From the NCBI GenBank assembly GCA_016187335.1, contig JACPJW010000001.1:448001-512000 (forward strand): a DNA stretch of 64,000 nucleotides. Direction: 5' to 3'. The stretch's first letter is position 1, and the number at the start of each line of letters is the position of its first letter. This document shows positions 17,565 through 27,204 of this stretch, piece after piece. The DNA is from Candidatus Aenigmatarchaeota archaeon. Lineage in GTDB: Archaea; Aenigmatarchaeota; Aenigmatarchaeia; GW2011-AR5. The position numbers and the translations under genes were made by a program. The notes below the pieces were generated by a model, which saw only the letters and a program-made list of their open reading frames with translations, was not told the origin of the DNA and ran no database searches.

Positions 17565-17708
17565 AAATTCGTTTTCTGTGTAATGTTTTTGCCTTACTAG
17601 TTTTCTGGAAACCTATATATTGCGCTTCTCACAAATCTATTGCAGAACAAAGTTTCTGCAATTTGTGAAACTATGGTTCCACAGTATTGCAGTTAGTCGT
17701 AACTATCT

Positions 17709-20700
17709 GTGGTAAAGATGACGCTTATACTAAGAATAAACGGGCATAACGTTGCAATAGCCCCGGGCGCTCCTTATCCGACAGGGGCGTTTCCGCCCGC
17801 AGGAGTTGTTTTGCCTGCCGGCGAGCAGGAGCTGGATTTTTATTGCGAAGTCCAGACTGGCGGTCCAGGTGCTATTCCTGCCGGCTACGGTGGAAACTGG
17901 TTCTTTAATTTCTTTTCAGTGGACGACGGGATTTCCATAAATCCCAATCCCGAAACTCCAAGGCCGACAAACGCTGTGAAATTCAAGGCAAAACTGAAGC
18001 CCGGGGCTCACCAGATACTTGTAAGGGTTCAGGGAAGCCTGAGATTGCCGGCAGGGTACCCTCCTGTTGAATACGTCATGTTAACAATAACAATCCCGCC
18101 GCCGATAACGACATTGACAGTCAAAATAAAAAGCCCTGAAAACAATTCCAACGTAGTCCTAAAAAGAACTCCTGCAGGACTGCCTTATCACGACCCCCTG
18201 AATTTTCAGTGCGAAATAAAAGGCGGAAGGTCTCCTTACATTGTCAGATGGTTTTCATATTCTGAATCAAATTTTAATGTATACACCGTGTCCAAAATAC
18301 TCGTACACGAGGAAACGACAAAAAGCGGTTCTGTATCTTTTTCGCGCGGAGGAGAAGAATACCCGGTTCCTGCAAAGACGCTTCCACCTCCTCCAGCGCT
18401 ACCTCCACCGTTTCCACCGCCTCCGGATCCAAAAATTCCGTTCAGCCTGCTTGAAGGCAGGCATACAATTAGTGTAAACGTAGTAGATTCAACTGCGCCT
18501 GCGCCAATAACAGTCGGTGATATGGTCAATATCACGGTGAGCACGGAGCCTAAAAAAGCAGGAGACATACTTCCGGGCGGCGACGAAAGCCTGGGAGGCG
18601 CTGCCCGCGGCAGGGAAGGCATGGGGCTTGCGGGCCTTCCCGGAATCAGGAAAAGGCTCGGCAAAGAAGTGGGAAGGCTTGACTGGTCAAAGCGTGCGGC
18701 AAATCCTGCATTGCGCTCAGCTATCAACAGAGGCAAGAAACTGCTTGACCAGGCGACCAATGCCGCTTACTACAGGCTCTTTGATGGCCCCGGCGGCGTC
18801 CAGCAAAGGCAGCAAAGAAGAATACGGGAGCTTGAGGACGCGAGAAAGGATTACGAAGCATCGATGAACTCACTGAGAAAATATTTCCGGAAATACAAGA
18901 TAAAGGCAGGCGTTCCGTTGCTCGTGACGGCAAGGATGGCATCCGCTCAGGACCTGACGAACATTGCAAACACGATTGCGCAGGAGCAGCCCGCGCTTCA
19001 GGCGCAGATGCAGGAGCACCAGAACGCAATAAAAAGATACCTTGAGCTGCGGGACAAATTCGACGAGACTTCCGAAAACGAAATTGATAAAGCAGGCAAG
19101 GAGCTTCAGGAATATGCAAAGCAAAGGGCAGGAACCTTTGCAACAAGGCTCGGATACCAGTACGGATTCCCTGCTAACCCTCCCGATGAAAGAAACGCCC
19201 TGAAAACCGAGCTTGAACAATACGCTGTTGATATTGCAGAAGAATTCCTGAGGCGCGGAAGGTCAAAATTTTTTGCAGCGGCGAGGTTCATGCGCCGCGT
19301 CGGACTGGGAACGGAAACAATCGCAGAAAGTTATTATAACGTTATCCGCAGCCTGTGGGACCTGATAACCGGTCCTTGGACAATCGCGTGGCTTTTCGTG
19401 GTTGCGCAGTTTTACTTCTCCTTGAGCTACATAGGCTACCAGCCTACCCTGTTGTTCACCATGCCGGCCGGCGGCGCCGTGATGATGTTCCTCATGAACT
19501 TTTCGCAGATAAAACGGCCTCTTGACGGCGTCACGCACGCGGGCGTCGGAGCGCTCTTAGGTCAGGGCATCATAATCTTCATGTTCGCCCTGGGCATCAC
19601 GCCGAACCTCTGGGGATGGGGATGGTTCGTTGGAATATGGTTCATCTTCGGCACCATAGGCGCGTTTGAGTTCTATCCCGTCGGCGGACCGCAGATAATG
19701 TTCCAGACAGCCGTGCTTGTCATCATTTTCGGCTACATAGCACTCGGCCCTTACAAGGGCTACTGGGAACTTGTAAAAGACCAGCTGAGGGCGCCTTTGT
19801 ACACCATGTACGTATCTATGAAAAACGCCGTCAATGACGTCTGGCTGCTGGCTACAAACCCCACTGCCTGGTACGCGAAGCAGCAGGTTATCAATGTCCG
19901 GCCCGAGCAGCCCATATCGTTCCCCGTGGAGATAGAAACGCCTGTTTTTGAAGGCCTGCCGCCGTCAGCGCCGGCAGGCACAGCTTTCTCCGTATCAATA
20001 GTTACGAAAAACAGCGGCAAGCTTGACGCGAAGAACATTGTCATAGAGCACGCATGCAACGAGTGGTGCGAGAACAGGGGCGCAATCGTGCCTGATGCAT
20101 ATCCGCTGCTGCATCCCGGAGAAAGCCAGGCGTTCTTCATGCAGAAGTTCGCAGCAAAGAAAGCCACGGGCCGCGAAGCGGAGTTCCGCCGTGCCCGCGT
20201 ATTCTTCAACATATCATACGTTTACCAGACCAACTCCTCTTTGCGCGTGCAGGTAATAAGCGAGGACGAGTTGAAAAGAAAGTTCCGCGACCGCGAGGAC
20301 GTTTTCAAGCCTGAGCTGGCTACGGACAAGGCAACGTCCGTGAAATTCTCGCTGAACGTAGGGCCGCAGCCGATTGTTTACAATGACAAGAAACAGGACG
20401 GGTCGGCATTCCCCAGCGAGAAGGAACGCCAGGATGCCAACAAAGGGCAGCTGCTCGTTTCCGTCAGCAACCGCAGGCCAGACGGCTTGATTATCCTGAA
20501 GTCCGAGAAGAAGAGCAACGGGGTTATTACGCAAAGAGGCAACGTGGTAATCATTCATTTCCCCGGCTCCGTCGGCAATGGCCTTAACTGCAACGGCCAG
20601 GACGCAAGGACGACAAGGGCCATGGACGGTCCGCCCGAGGACAAGGACAGGTACAGGAATATGGCGAATGAGGATGCGAAAAACGGCAAGGAGCTTGTGG

Positions 20701-22187
20701 TCTACAAAATACCGAAAGACATCGAGATGAAGCCCTTTGAGTTCCAGACGACGTTCGCGCTCTTGTGCGAGTTCAATCTGGCAAAAGTGGATACGCTCCG
20801 CACGGATTACGTTATTGCTGAATTGCCTGAGTACACCTTCAGGCTGCAAAAGACTTTGGACGTCCCAGTCACGCCTCCTATAGGCATACTGTTCGACCCT
20901 GACGAGGACACTTGCTTAAGTAAGTGCGCTGCAGGGATTGGCGTGCCGTGCATTGAAACCAGGTGCACCAGCGCGAGCAATCCTGACAGCTCTGACCAGT
21001 ATCTCCGCAGGCTTTACAACGACCCGAACACGCCGCGGTGCTGGTACGACCCGGTAGGCGGCAATATTGAAAACCCATCCGCATCTGACATACCTGGCCA
21101 GTATATCGGCTCGGCGCTCACGTTCAACAAATGCCGCTCGTGCGGCGCGTTCAGGGGCGACACTGCGTGCGAGGTTTTCTACAACAAGCAGCTCTGCGAC
21201 GAGCAAGGCAGCAAGCAATGCAACCTGAAGTGCAAGTGGACGCCTATTGAGGAGCTGAAGAAAAAGACGGCGCAGCCGACCCAGCAGGAAATCCTGCATG
21301 ACGGAAAATGCGAAAAAATGCCGGAAGCGCCTGCGCAGCCAACAACGCCCGCGGCGCCTGCAACCGGTACTGTTGGTCCTGTTTCAGCTGGCGCAAGCAA
21401 GGAACAGGTTGTAGCAAGAATAGCTGATGTATCAAAAGCAACGGGATTCAGCCAGACGGATGTTGAATGGATTTTGAAGCTTGTGATGACTGAAAGCACT
21501 CTGGCGCACTGCTGGGACGGGACAAATAGCTGCGGTGAAGACAGCAAGAATAGCGTTAAATGCGGCGACAACGGCAATTCCTGCGGATTGTTCCAGCTTA
21601 ACAAGGCTGCGCACCCGCAGTGGTACAATCCGTCGACAGCAGGATGTGATGGAAAGACAGCCTACGATATTGACTGCAACATAAGAGTAGGAGTTTCTCA
21701 CCTAAGGTCACTATACAATAGCTATTATAACAATGCGCCAAGAACGTACGCATGCAAAGGCATTCAATACAGCGGATGGGAAGCTGTGCTGAGGTATTAC
21801 AACGGCTGGCCACCATCAGGATCATCAGCATGCTCGGGAGACCCTAATTATGTCAATAATGTTGAAAGCAAAACAATTCCAGACAGCTACTTGAATATAA
21901 TTGCGTCTGTTTATCAGGGCACTCAATTCGGCGGGCCTAATTACTGCTCCTCGCTGCCAAGCAGGGCAGCGGGCGCGAAATGCCAGATAGGGGAAGGCGG
22001 ATGCAAGAGCACGAGCGAGTGCGAAGAAGTAAGGCAGGAAGTATTGATTAATGGCGAAGTGAAAGTGCTTACGCCTGACTGCAGGGACCCTGGCGCAGGA
22101 ATAAAGCTGTGCTGCTACAGCAAGGTTGAAGGCTTTGATTCCGATGCGCATTGCATAAATAAATACAACCAGAAAAAGAGCGAATGA
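17709..22187 (+). CDS. 1492-aa multidomain membrane protein with a C-terminal lytic transglycosylase (SLT/GH23)-like domain
   Basis: Ig-like and Pro-rich N-terminus, helical region, about 6 TMs, Ig-like modules, Cys-rich modules, then LVMTES / CGLFQL / DIDCNIRVGVSHL / VLRYYNG SLT motifs. Confidence 0.8.
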   Translation: MVKMTLILRINGHNVAIAPGAPYPTGAFPPAGVVLPAGEQELDFYCEVQTGGPGAIPAGYGGNWFFNFFSVDDGISINPNPETPRPTNAVKFKAKLKPGAHQILVRVQGSLRLPAGYPPVEYVMLTITIPPPITTLTVKIKSPENNSNVVLKRTPAGLPYHDPLNFQCEIKGGRSPYIVRWFSYSESNFNVYTVSKILVHEETTKSGSVSFSRGGEEYPVPAKTLPPPPALPPPFPPPPDPKIPFSLLEGRHTISVNVVDSTAPAPITVGDMVNITVSTEPKKAGDILPGGDESLGGAARGREGMGLAGLPGIRKRLGKEVGRLDWSKRAANPALRSAINRGKKLLDQATNAAYYRLFDGPGGVQQRQQRRIRELEDARKDYEASMNSLRKYFRKYKIKAGVPLLVTARMASAQDLTNIANTIAQEQPALQAQMQEHQNAIKRYLELRDKFDETSENEIDKAGKELQEYAKQRAGTFATRLGYQYGFPANPPDERNALKTELEQYAVDIAEEFLRRGRSKFFAAARFMRRVGLGTETIAESYYNVIRSLWDLITGPWTIAWLFVVAQFYFSLSYIGYQPTLLFTMPAGGAVMMFLMNFSQIKRPLDGVTHAGVGALLGQGIIIFMFALGITPNLWGWGWFVGIWFIFGTIGAFEFYPVGGPQIMFQTAVLVIIFGYIALGPYKGYWELVKDQLRAPLYTMYVSMKNAVNDVWLLATNPTAWYAKQQVINVRPEQPISFPVEIETPVFEGLPPSAPAGTAFSVSIVTKNSGKLDAKNIVIEHACNEWCENRGAIVPDAYPLLHPGESQAFFMQKFAAKKATGREAEFRRARVFFNISYVYQTNSSLRVQVISEDELKRKFRDREDVFKPELATDKATSVKFSLNVGPQPIVYNDKKQDGSAFPSEKERQDANKGQLLVSVSNRRPDGLIILKSEKKSNGVITQRGNVVIIHFPGSVGNGLNCNGQDARTTRAMDGPPEDKDRYRNMANEDAKNGKELVVYKIPKDIEMKPFEFQTTFALLCEFNLAKVDTLRTDYVIAELPEYTFRLQKTLDVPVTPPIGILFDPDEDTCLSKCAAGIGVPCIETRCTSASNPDSSDQYLRRLYNDPNTPRCWYDPVGGNIENPSASDIPGQYIGSALTFNKCRSCGAFRGDTACEVFYNKQLCDEQGSKQCNLKCKWTPIEELKKKTAQPTQQEILHDGKCEKMPEAPAQPTTPAAPATGTVGPVSAGASKEQVVARIADVSKATGFSQTDVEWILKLVMTESTLAHCWDGTNSCGEDSKNSVKCGDNGNSCGLFQLNKAAHPQWYNPSTAGCDGKTAYDIDCNIRVGVSHLRSLYNSYYNNAPRTYACKGIQYSGWEAVLRYYNGWPPSGSSACSGDPNYVNNVESKTIPDSYLNIIASVYQGTQFGGPNYCSSLPSRAAGAKCQIGEGGCKSTSECEEVRQEVLINGEVKVLTPDCRDPGAGIKLCCYSKVEGFDSDAHCINKYNQKKSE

Positions 22188-22197
22188 TTCAGAAATC

Positions 22198-22812
22198 TTA
22201 AGGCGGGCGGATGACGCCTGTCCCGCTTCTTGTGGGCTCCACTAGTCTTTGTGCGAGGTTGTACACGTCTAAAAAGTCGGGGTCGTCTATAAACAGCGTA
22301 TCTTTGCCGTCAAGTTTCTTTATCGGAGTCTCTTTCCCCGCATCAAGTTCGCTTTTAGTAAGCCTCCTTACCCTCAGCCATGCATGCCTGTCCCTAAAGC
22401 CCAAAACACTTTCTATTCTTTGCACTAATTCATCCGCTCCTTCTCTCGGGCCGTTATAACAAACAGGAAGCTCCCGTCCTGTAGGTTTCATATGAGGATT
22501 GCCATTATATGTTGTCGGGTCCCCTACATCATATGTTCTGAAGCGTATGCTGCAGGGACCTCTTCCGCCTAAAGATGGCGTATAGCCTGCAAGAAGAAAT
22601 TCTCTGGAAGTATTGTCCTGCCTTCTGTATCCGGTTATTTCTTGAACATTTTCTTCTGCTTTTCTTTCCGCGTAATTTAATCCTTCAACACCCCCGATTA
22701 ATCTGAGACCGCCAACGGCGCCTACAACTGTGAGGGACGCCAGCAGAATCCATCTAACAGCTCTGCCGTAACTTCTTCTCGGCTGATACCCTTGCGGCGG
22801 CTGCGTTGACAT
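22198..22812 (-). CDS. Single-TM hypothetical protein with a P/Q-rich N-terminus
   Basis: MSTQPPQGYQP followed by one hydrophobic helix. Confidence 0.65.
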   Translation of the reverse strand: MSTQPPQGYQPRRSYGRAVRWILLASLTVVGAVGGLRLIGGVEGLNYAERKAEENVQEITGYRRQDNTSREFLLAGYTPSLGGRGPCSIRFRTYDVGDPTTYNGNPHMKPTGRELPVCYNGPREGADELVQRIESVLGFRDRHAWLRVRRLTKSELDAGKETPIKKLDGKDTLFIDDPDFLDVYNLAQRLVEPTRSGTGVIRPP

Positions 22813-22814
22813 AT

Positions 22815-23387
22815 TTATTTCACCGAGTAAAATCTAGGCAATAAGAGGATGCACCTGTCTTCGCCGACATGACGGTCCCATGCGGATCCGTTGAGGGTGG
22901 CACTTGTTATTTCTTTTGATTCTATTCTTTGTCTTGCTCTAGCGGCTTGATTTCTTGTTCGGTATTCCAAAAAACTAACAATACCGCCCTCCAATCTTAC
23001 AGGTACGTACCTGCCTGCTGGGGCGGAAAGATATTCGTTGCACATTTCTTCCTCCGTAGGAGTTGCTATGCGCTGGATTGCTAAAGATCTGCCCCAGATG
23101 TCGGTTTCATAGCCGGCAGAGCCTACAACATAATCCCTTCCTGTTTGAACAGCCTTGGTACCTTGCCTTACGCCGTAATCCCTGATCCTGTCGGCTGATG
23201 TGCACGCCTTAATTGCTAAACCGAAAACAATTACTGCGCCAAGCCCCAGCAAAACGCGCCTAGTGGAAGGAGGAATATTCTGGTAAGCTTGTCCAGGATG
23301 CCACCAAGGCGGCTGCGGTTGTGCTGGTTGCTGTGCCTGCGGCTGTCCCTGACCAGGCGGCTGTCCCGGCGGTGGGTTGATTGCCAT
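22815..23387 (-). CDS. Single-TM hypothetical protein with a P/Q-rich N-terminus
   Basis: MAINPPPGQPPGQGQPQAQQPAQP followed by one hydrophobic helix. Confidence 0.65.
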   Translation of the reverse strand: MAINPPPGQPPGQGQPQAQQPAQPQPPWWHPGQAYQNIPPSTRRVLLGLGAVIVFGLAIKACTSADRIRDYGVRQGTKAVQTGRDYVVGSAGYETDIWGRSLAIQRIATPTEEEMCNEYLSAPAGRYVPVRLEGGIVSFLEYRTRNQAARARQRIESKEITSATLNGSAWDRHVGEDRCILLLPRFYSVK

Positions 23388-23439
23388 AACTAAACTAGCC
23401 TCATAAAGTATTTAAATGTTACCATTTAGTAATCACATT

Positions 23440-23868
23440 ATGGCAACAAGGCCTGAGGAAACACAACAACAGCTTCCCAGATCGAGGGACGCAAGTACTT
23501 ACGGAAGAGCAGCACTTTATGTTGGAGCAGGAATAGTAGCATCTTCTACATTGGGCTACGCTTTCGGAGCAGATGTCTTTAATTCAATCCCTAAAATGTT
23601 AGCTGGCTGGGGAGTTGGAGGAGTAGCGTGGGGCGTGCTTTACGCCATATCAGGGGCTTTTCCTGAACAGCGCCTCGCAGAAGCAGAACCAAGGCCTCCG
23701 GAACAAATCGAGCATCGTGCAGTGCTGAGAGAAGATGAACCTACCGAGCACGGGTTACTAGGACCCGGTGAGCCTGGTTTGCGCAGGTACGAAGAAAGAC
23801 GACCAGATGGTTCGGGTCACATAAGAACCGTAGAAATTTTACCGCCCCGGCAAAATGGAAACCCTTGA
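23440..23868 (+). CDS. Two-TM hypothetical protein
   Basis: Two Gly-rich hydrophobic segments and a charged tail. Confidence 0.6.
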   Translation: MATRPEETQQQLPRSRDASTYGRAALYVGAGIVASSTLGYAFGADVFNSIPKMLAGWGVGGVAWGVLYAISGAFPEQRLAEAEPRPPEQIEHRAVLREDEPTEHGLLGPGEPGLRRYEERRPDGSGHIRTVEILPPRQNGNP

Positions 23869-23925
23869 AGGCGAACATCTTAAGGCGTTTAAATTCTTTG
23901 CAGTTTCTTGAATTTAGGATTAAAA

Positions 23926-24753
23926 ATGACTTTACTCACTTACCTGGACAGGGCAAAGAGCTACCTTGGCGCAGGAATAGGCGGGCTTGCCGGCGGGTTC
24001 AAAGCCGCCGAAGCCTTCAAGGGTCTAAAAAGCCATGTAGAGCAGACTGTTATTGCTGATCCGCGTAAAAAGCAGAGCATCCTCAATGACCTTGAAGACG
24101 TATATAAGCAGGCACTGGATGGTCATCTGATTCAAAGCTTCAGAAGCGCTAAATATCTTATTTCTGACTTGTACGGCGAAATATTTCTCTACCCGGATTA
24201 CGTCAAGGGCAGGATTCGGGATTATATCAAGAGGGATGAAATATTAACCGATGCAGCATTTGCCGTTGACCTGGCAGAATTCTTGCCTCCTTACAAGAGA
24301 TTGGTTGAGAGGCTCTTGAAATTAAGACCGGTAAAATGGTTAAACGGTCTGGTAGGGACAGACCTGGATCCGATAGATTTGGGCATGATAACTTACATAG
24401 GCATAAAAACCGGTTATTTCAAGCACTACTGGCACGATGTTTTCGCAGAGCACGGATACACATGGCGGGCTTTGAACGAAGCGTTTCGCGGGACATTCAA
24501 GGTCATCATTCATGTCGGCATAGAAAAAGCGCTGCCAGGAGAAACGGCTGCGTTCTATCCTGACGATCTCGGGTTTGCATTAGATGCCTACAGGTCGCAA
24601 ATAGAAAGAGCCATTCCTCAGCAGGTTCATATGACCAGAGAAGAGCGGGCAAGAGCCAGACACAGCAGTTCATGGCATCCAAGCATAGAAGAAGACATAA
24701 GATGGATGCGAGAAAGAATAAACAGCTTTGCTTACGGCCCGCAACCTGCATAA
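23926..24753 (+). CDS. Hypothetical protein
   Basis: Long ORF, with a Gly/Ala-rich amphipathic N-terminus. Confidence 0.65.
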   Translation: MTLLTYLDRAKSYLGAGIGGLAGGFKAAEAFKGLKSHVEQTVIADPRKKQSILNDLEDVYKQALDGHLIQSFRSAKYLISDLYGEIFLYPDYVKGRIRDYIKRDEILTDAAFAVDLAEFLPPYKRLVERLLKLRPVKWLNGLVGTDLDPIDLGMITYIGIKTGYFKHYWHDVFAEHGYTWRALNEAFRGTFKVIIHVGIEKALPGETAAFYPDDLGFALDAYRSQIERAIPQQVHMTREERARARHSSSWHPSIEEDIRWMRERINSFAYGPQPA

Positions 24754-24794
24754 CAGAAAAATCCTGCATTTAACAATTATCATCTAGGAAAAAG

Positions 24795-26015
24795 TCAGTT
24801 GCAGCCTCCTGCTAACTTTAGTGCAGTTTCTATGGGCCCTCCGGCACCTATGGCGCCCCGTGCCATGCTTGATGCTTGTGAGCACCGGGCCTGCGTTGCT
24901 TCCCTCTTTTTTTCGCTCACAGAGTTTTGAAATTCTTTCTGGGCTTCTTCCTGGGTGCTGAAAGAACGGTACTGGTCCCCTGTCCTAAACTCGTAGCCGC
25001 CGCCAGCCGCTTGTTGCGGCCTGGAGATGTTCATCTCCTTGAGCTGCTGGTCTTCCAGACTTCTCCATTCATTAGAAGCATGATAAGCAACCCTCTGAAG
25101 AAAGAAAGTCTTCAGGTCAGGGCTTCCTATAATGTCTGATGGCGGCGGCCTAGTTATTCCTGCATCAAAAGCAGCAGCCGCGGCGATAATACTTTTGATT
25201 TCCTCGCTGTCAAAAGGATTCAGGTAGGCTTCCATTTCCTGCATTTTCCTTTCAGGCGCTGTACGGCGCTGGTTTGCTATCAGCCTGATGTTCTGCTTTG
25301 CCCTGTTTATCTGCCGGGTTGCTTCAGCGTCTTTTTCATAAACGCCCTTGCCTTCGTTCCACCTATAGGACGTCAGCTGGCTGTAATATCTCAGGTCGCT
25401 CATGGGAACATTTCTCTGCCCTGGGTAAGGGGCTTTTGATTGGCCAATAATCTCGACAGGCGACAGAAAGTTGAAAGTGTCCTCGGTTTCAGAGAGCACC
25501 CTGTTTATGCCGCTTTCATCAAAGGCATAAACGCCAAAATTTGTCCACCACCTTGTGGCGGAGAACTCCATTCTCTTTGCGCCCATGAACAGCTTTCCTT
25601 CGTATGTCTTGAAGCCGGTTTCATCCCACTTAAAACCGTCAAAAACTTCATCCTTTACTTCCTTGACTCTGGCGCCTGAGCCGTCGTAAACAAACAACGC
25701 CGCTATGCCGCCGTTATCACATTGGTCATCGTCTTTTCCATAAGTTTCAGGAGCGCAATCAATCAACTGCACTACCGTATACCTGCCGCCCCTGAATTCC
25801 ACATTGTATGCCTTTGTTGCCTTCAGCCCTTCAAGCCATGAAGAATCAACGTTGGAAACATGAAATTCGCTGACATAAAGTTCTTCTTGAGAAGGGCGCC
25901 GCCTCTGGGTGTCAGCAAAAATAGCGGCACCGATTACCAGCGTTGCTGCAGCCCCTCCGATTGACAGCGCACGGATAAAGTTTTTCGGCCACTCTGGAGG
26001 TCTTTGGTGCTGCAT
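24795..26015 (-). CDS. Type II membrane protein of unknown function
   Basis: One N-terminal TM followed by a beta-rich domain and a helical domain. Confidence 0.7.
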   Translation of the reverse strand: MQHQRPPEWPKNFIRALSIGGAAATLVIGAAIFADTQRRRPSQEELYVSEFHVSNVDSSWLEGLKATKAYNVEFRGGRYTVVQLIDCAPETYGKDDDQCDNGGIAALFVYDGSGARVKEVKDEVFDGFKWDETGFKTYEGKLFMGAKRMEFSATRWWTNFGVYAFDESGINRVLSETEDTFNFLSPVEIIGQSKAPYPGQRNVPMSDLRYYSQLTSYRWNEGKGVYEKDAEATRQINRAKQNIRLIANQRRTAPERKMQEMEAYLNPFDSEEIKSIIAAAAAFDAGITRPPPSDIIGSPDLKTFFLQRVAYHASNEWRSLEDQQLKEMNISRPQQAAGGGYEFRTGDQYRSFSTQEEAQKEFQNSVSEKKREATQARCSQASSMARGAIGAGGPIETALKLAGGCN

Positions 26016-26048
26016 AAGAAATAATATTTTTATGCCCTTATAAATCAA

Positions 26049-26930
26049 TCACACCCCCATTACGGTCCTCAGGAAATTGCGCAGTCCGGGGCCGAGGCCT
26101 AGGGCAAGTATTGCGATTTTCAGGAAATTTCTTTTTTCTGCATCGTGCTTTTCAGGCATTTCCTTGTCAAGATAGTAAAGGACCAGAAGGATTACCGGAA
26201 GCTTCAGGACATAAATCCCTGCAGGGCCGAAAATGCTGATGAAAAATCCCGCGACAACATGCTGCTCGAAGTAGGGAAAAAACTGGATGGCAACAAAAGT
26301 GGTCGTGGCGTCAAACATGTGCGCGCCCAGAAGCATTGAGTTTTCCTGTGAAAGCACCTTGTCGCGCAGGCCGAAGATGTTTTTTTCTCTAGCAAGCCAT
26401 ATAACGAAGAACCAGGCAGCTGATATTGACAGCACTGATACAAGAGCGAAGACGTCGGCAATCCTTACCTGTGAAAGCAGCATAAGGTTCAGGGCAGCGC
26501 CGATGGCAAACCATGACTTGTGGTATTCTATCCTGCTTTTTCTTTCAATGAGCAGCGCAAGCAGGAGCGCTGCCAGGGCGACAAAAAACACGAATATGTA
26601 AATCAGCGGCGAAGTGAACAGGAGGTTTCTTGCCACATTGTACGCGTCAACAAGTATGAGCGGCGAAAAGAAAGTTTTCTGCAGCGCGAAATTGGTCCCT
26701 GCTGACTCCCACAAGTCCTCAACGGCGCGCAGGATGCCGCCCATCGCGATGTAAGGTATTACTGCGAAAATGAATTTTTTGTCCACAGCAACCCCCAGTT
26801 TTTTAAGCAGCTTGTAAACGCCGAACACCATCAGCACGAAGATTATCGCGTAAACGGATGTGTTGACGATGTTGTAGCCCGCGTTGTAGCGTATCGGGTC
26901 TATGAAATACTGCTGGAAAAAACCGGCCAT
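26049..26930 (-). CDS. DUF63 family membrane protein
   Basis: GYNIVNTSVYA, AHMFDATTT, YFEQHVV and LGLGPGLRN motifs. Confidence 0.88.
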   Translation of the reverse strand: MAGFFQQYFIDPIRYNAGYNIVNTSVYAIIFVLMVFGVYKLLKKLGVAVDKKFIFAVIPYIAMGGILRAVEDLWESAGTNFALQKTFFSPLILVDAYNVARNLLFTSPLIYIFVFFVALAALLLALLIERKSRIEYHKSWFAIGAALNLMLLSQVRIADVFALVSVLSISAAWFFVIWLAREKNIFGLRDKVLSQENSMLLGAHMFDATTTFVAIQFFPYFEQHVVAGFFISIFGPAGIYVLKLPVILLVLYYLDKEMPEKHDAEKRNFLKIAILALGLGPGLRNFLRTVMGV

Positions 26931-27204
26931 GCTATCTAATTGGAAATCAAGCGTAAAAGCTTTTGTTTTAATTGTAATAACGGAAGCTTGGTCTGCTTTC
27001 AGTTTACAATTCAACAGCTAAACAGAACCCAACCGTATCTGGTTTCTCTTTCTGACTTGCTTCTTTGTTAAAAGTCTTTATACGAGGAGAATACCACTAT
27101 TTTGAAATAGTGGTATTATGGCATTCTCCTGTATAAAAGAATCCACAAATAAGATGGCGGATTCTTTTTATATTGCGGGTCAAATAATACATTTTAGTGT
27201 TATC

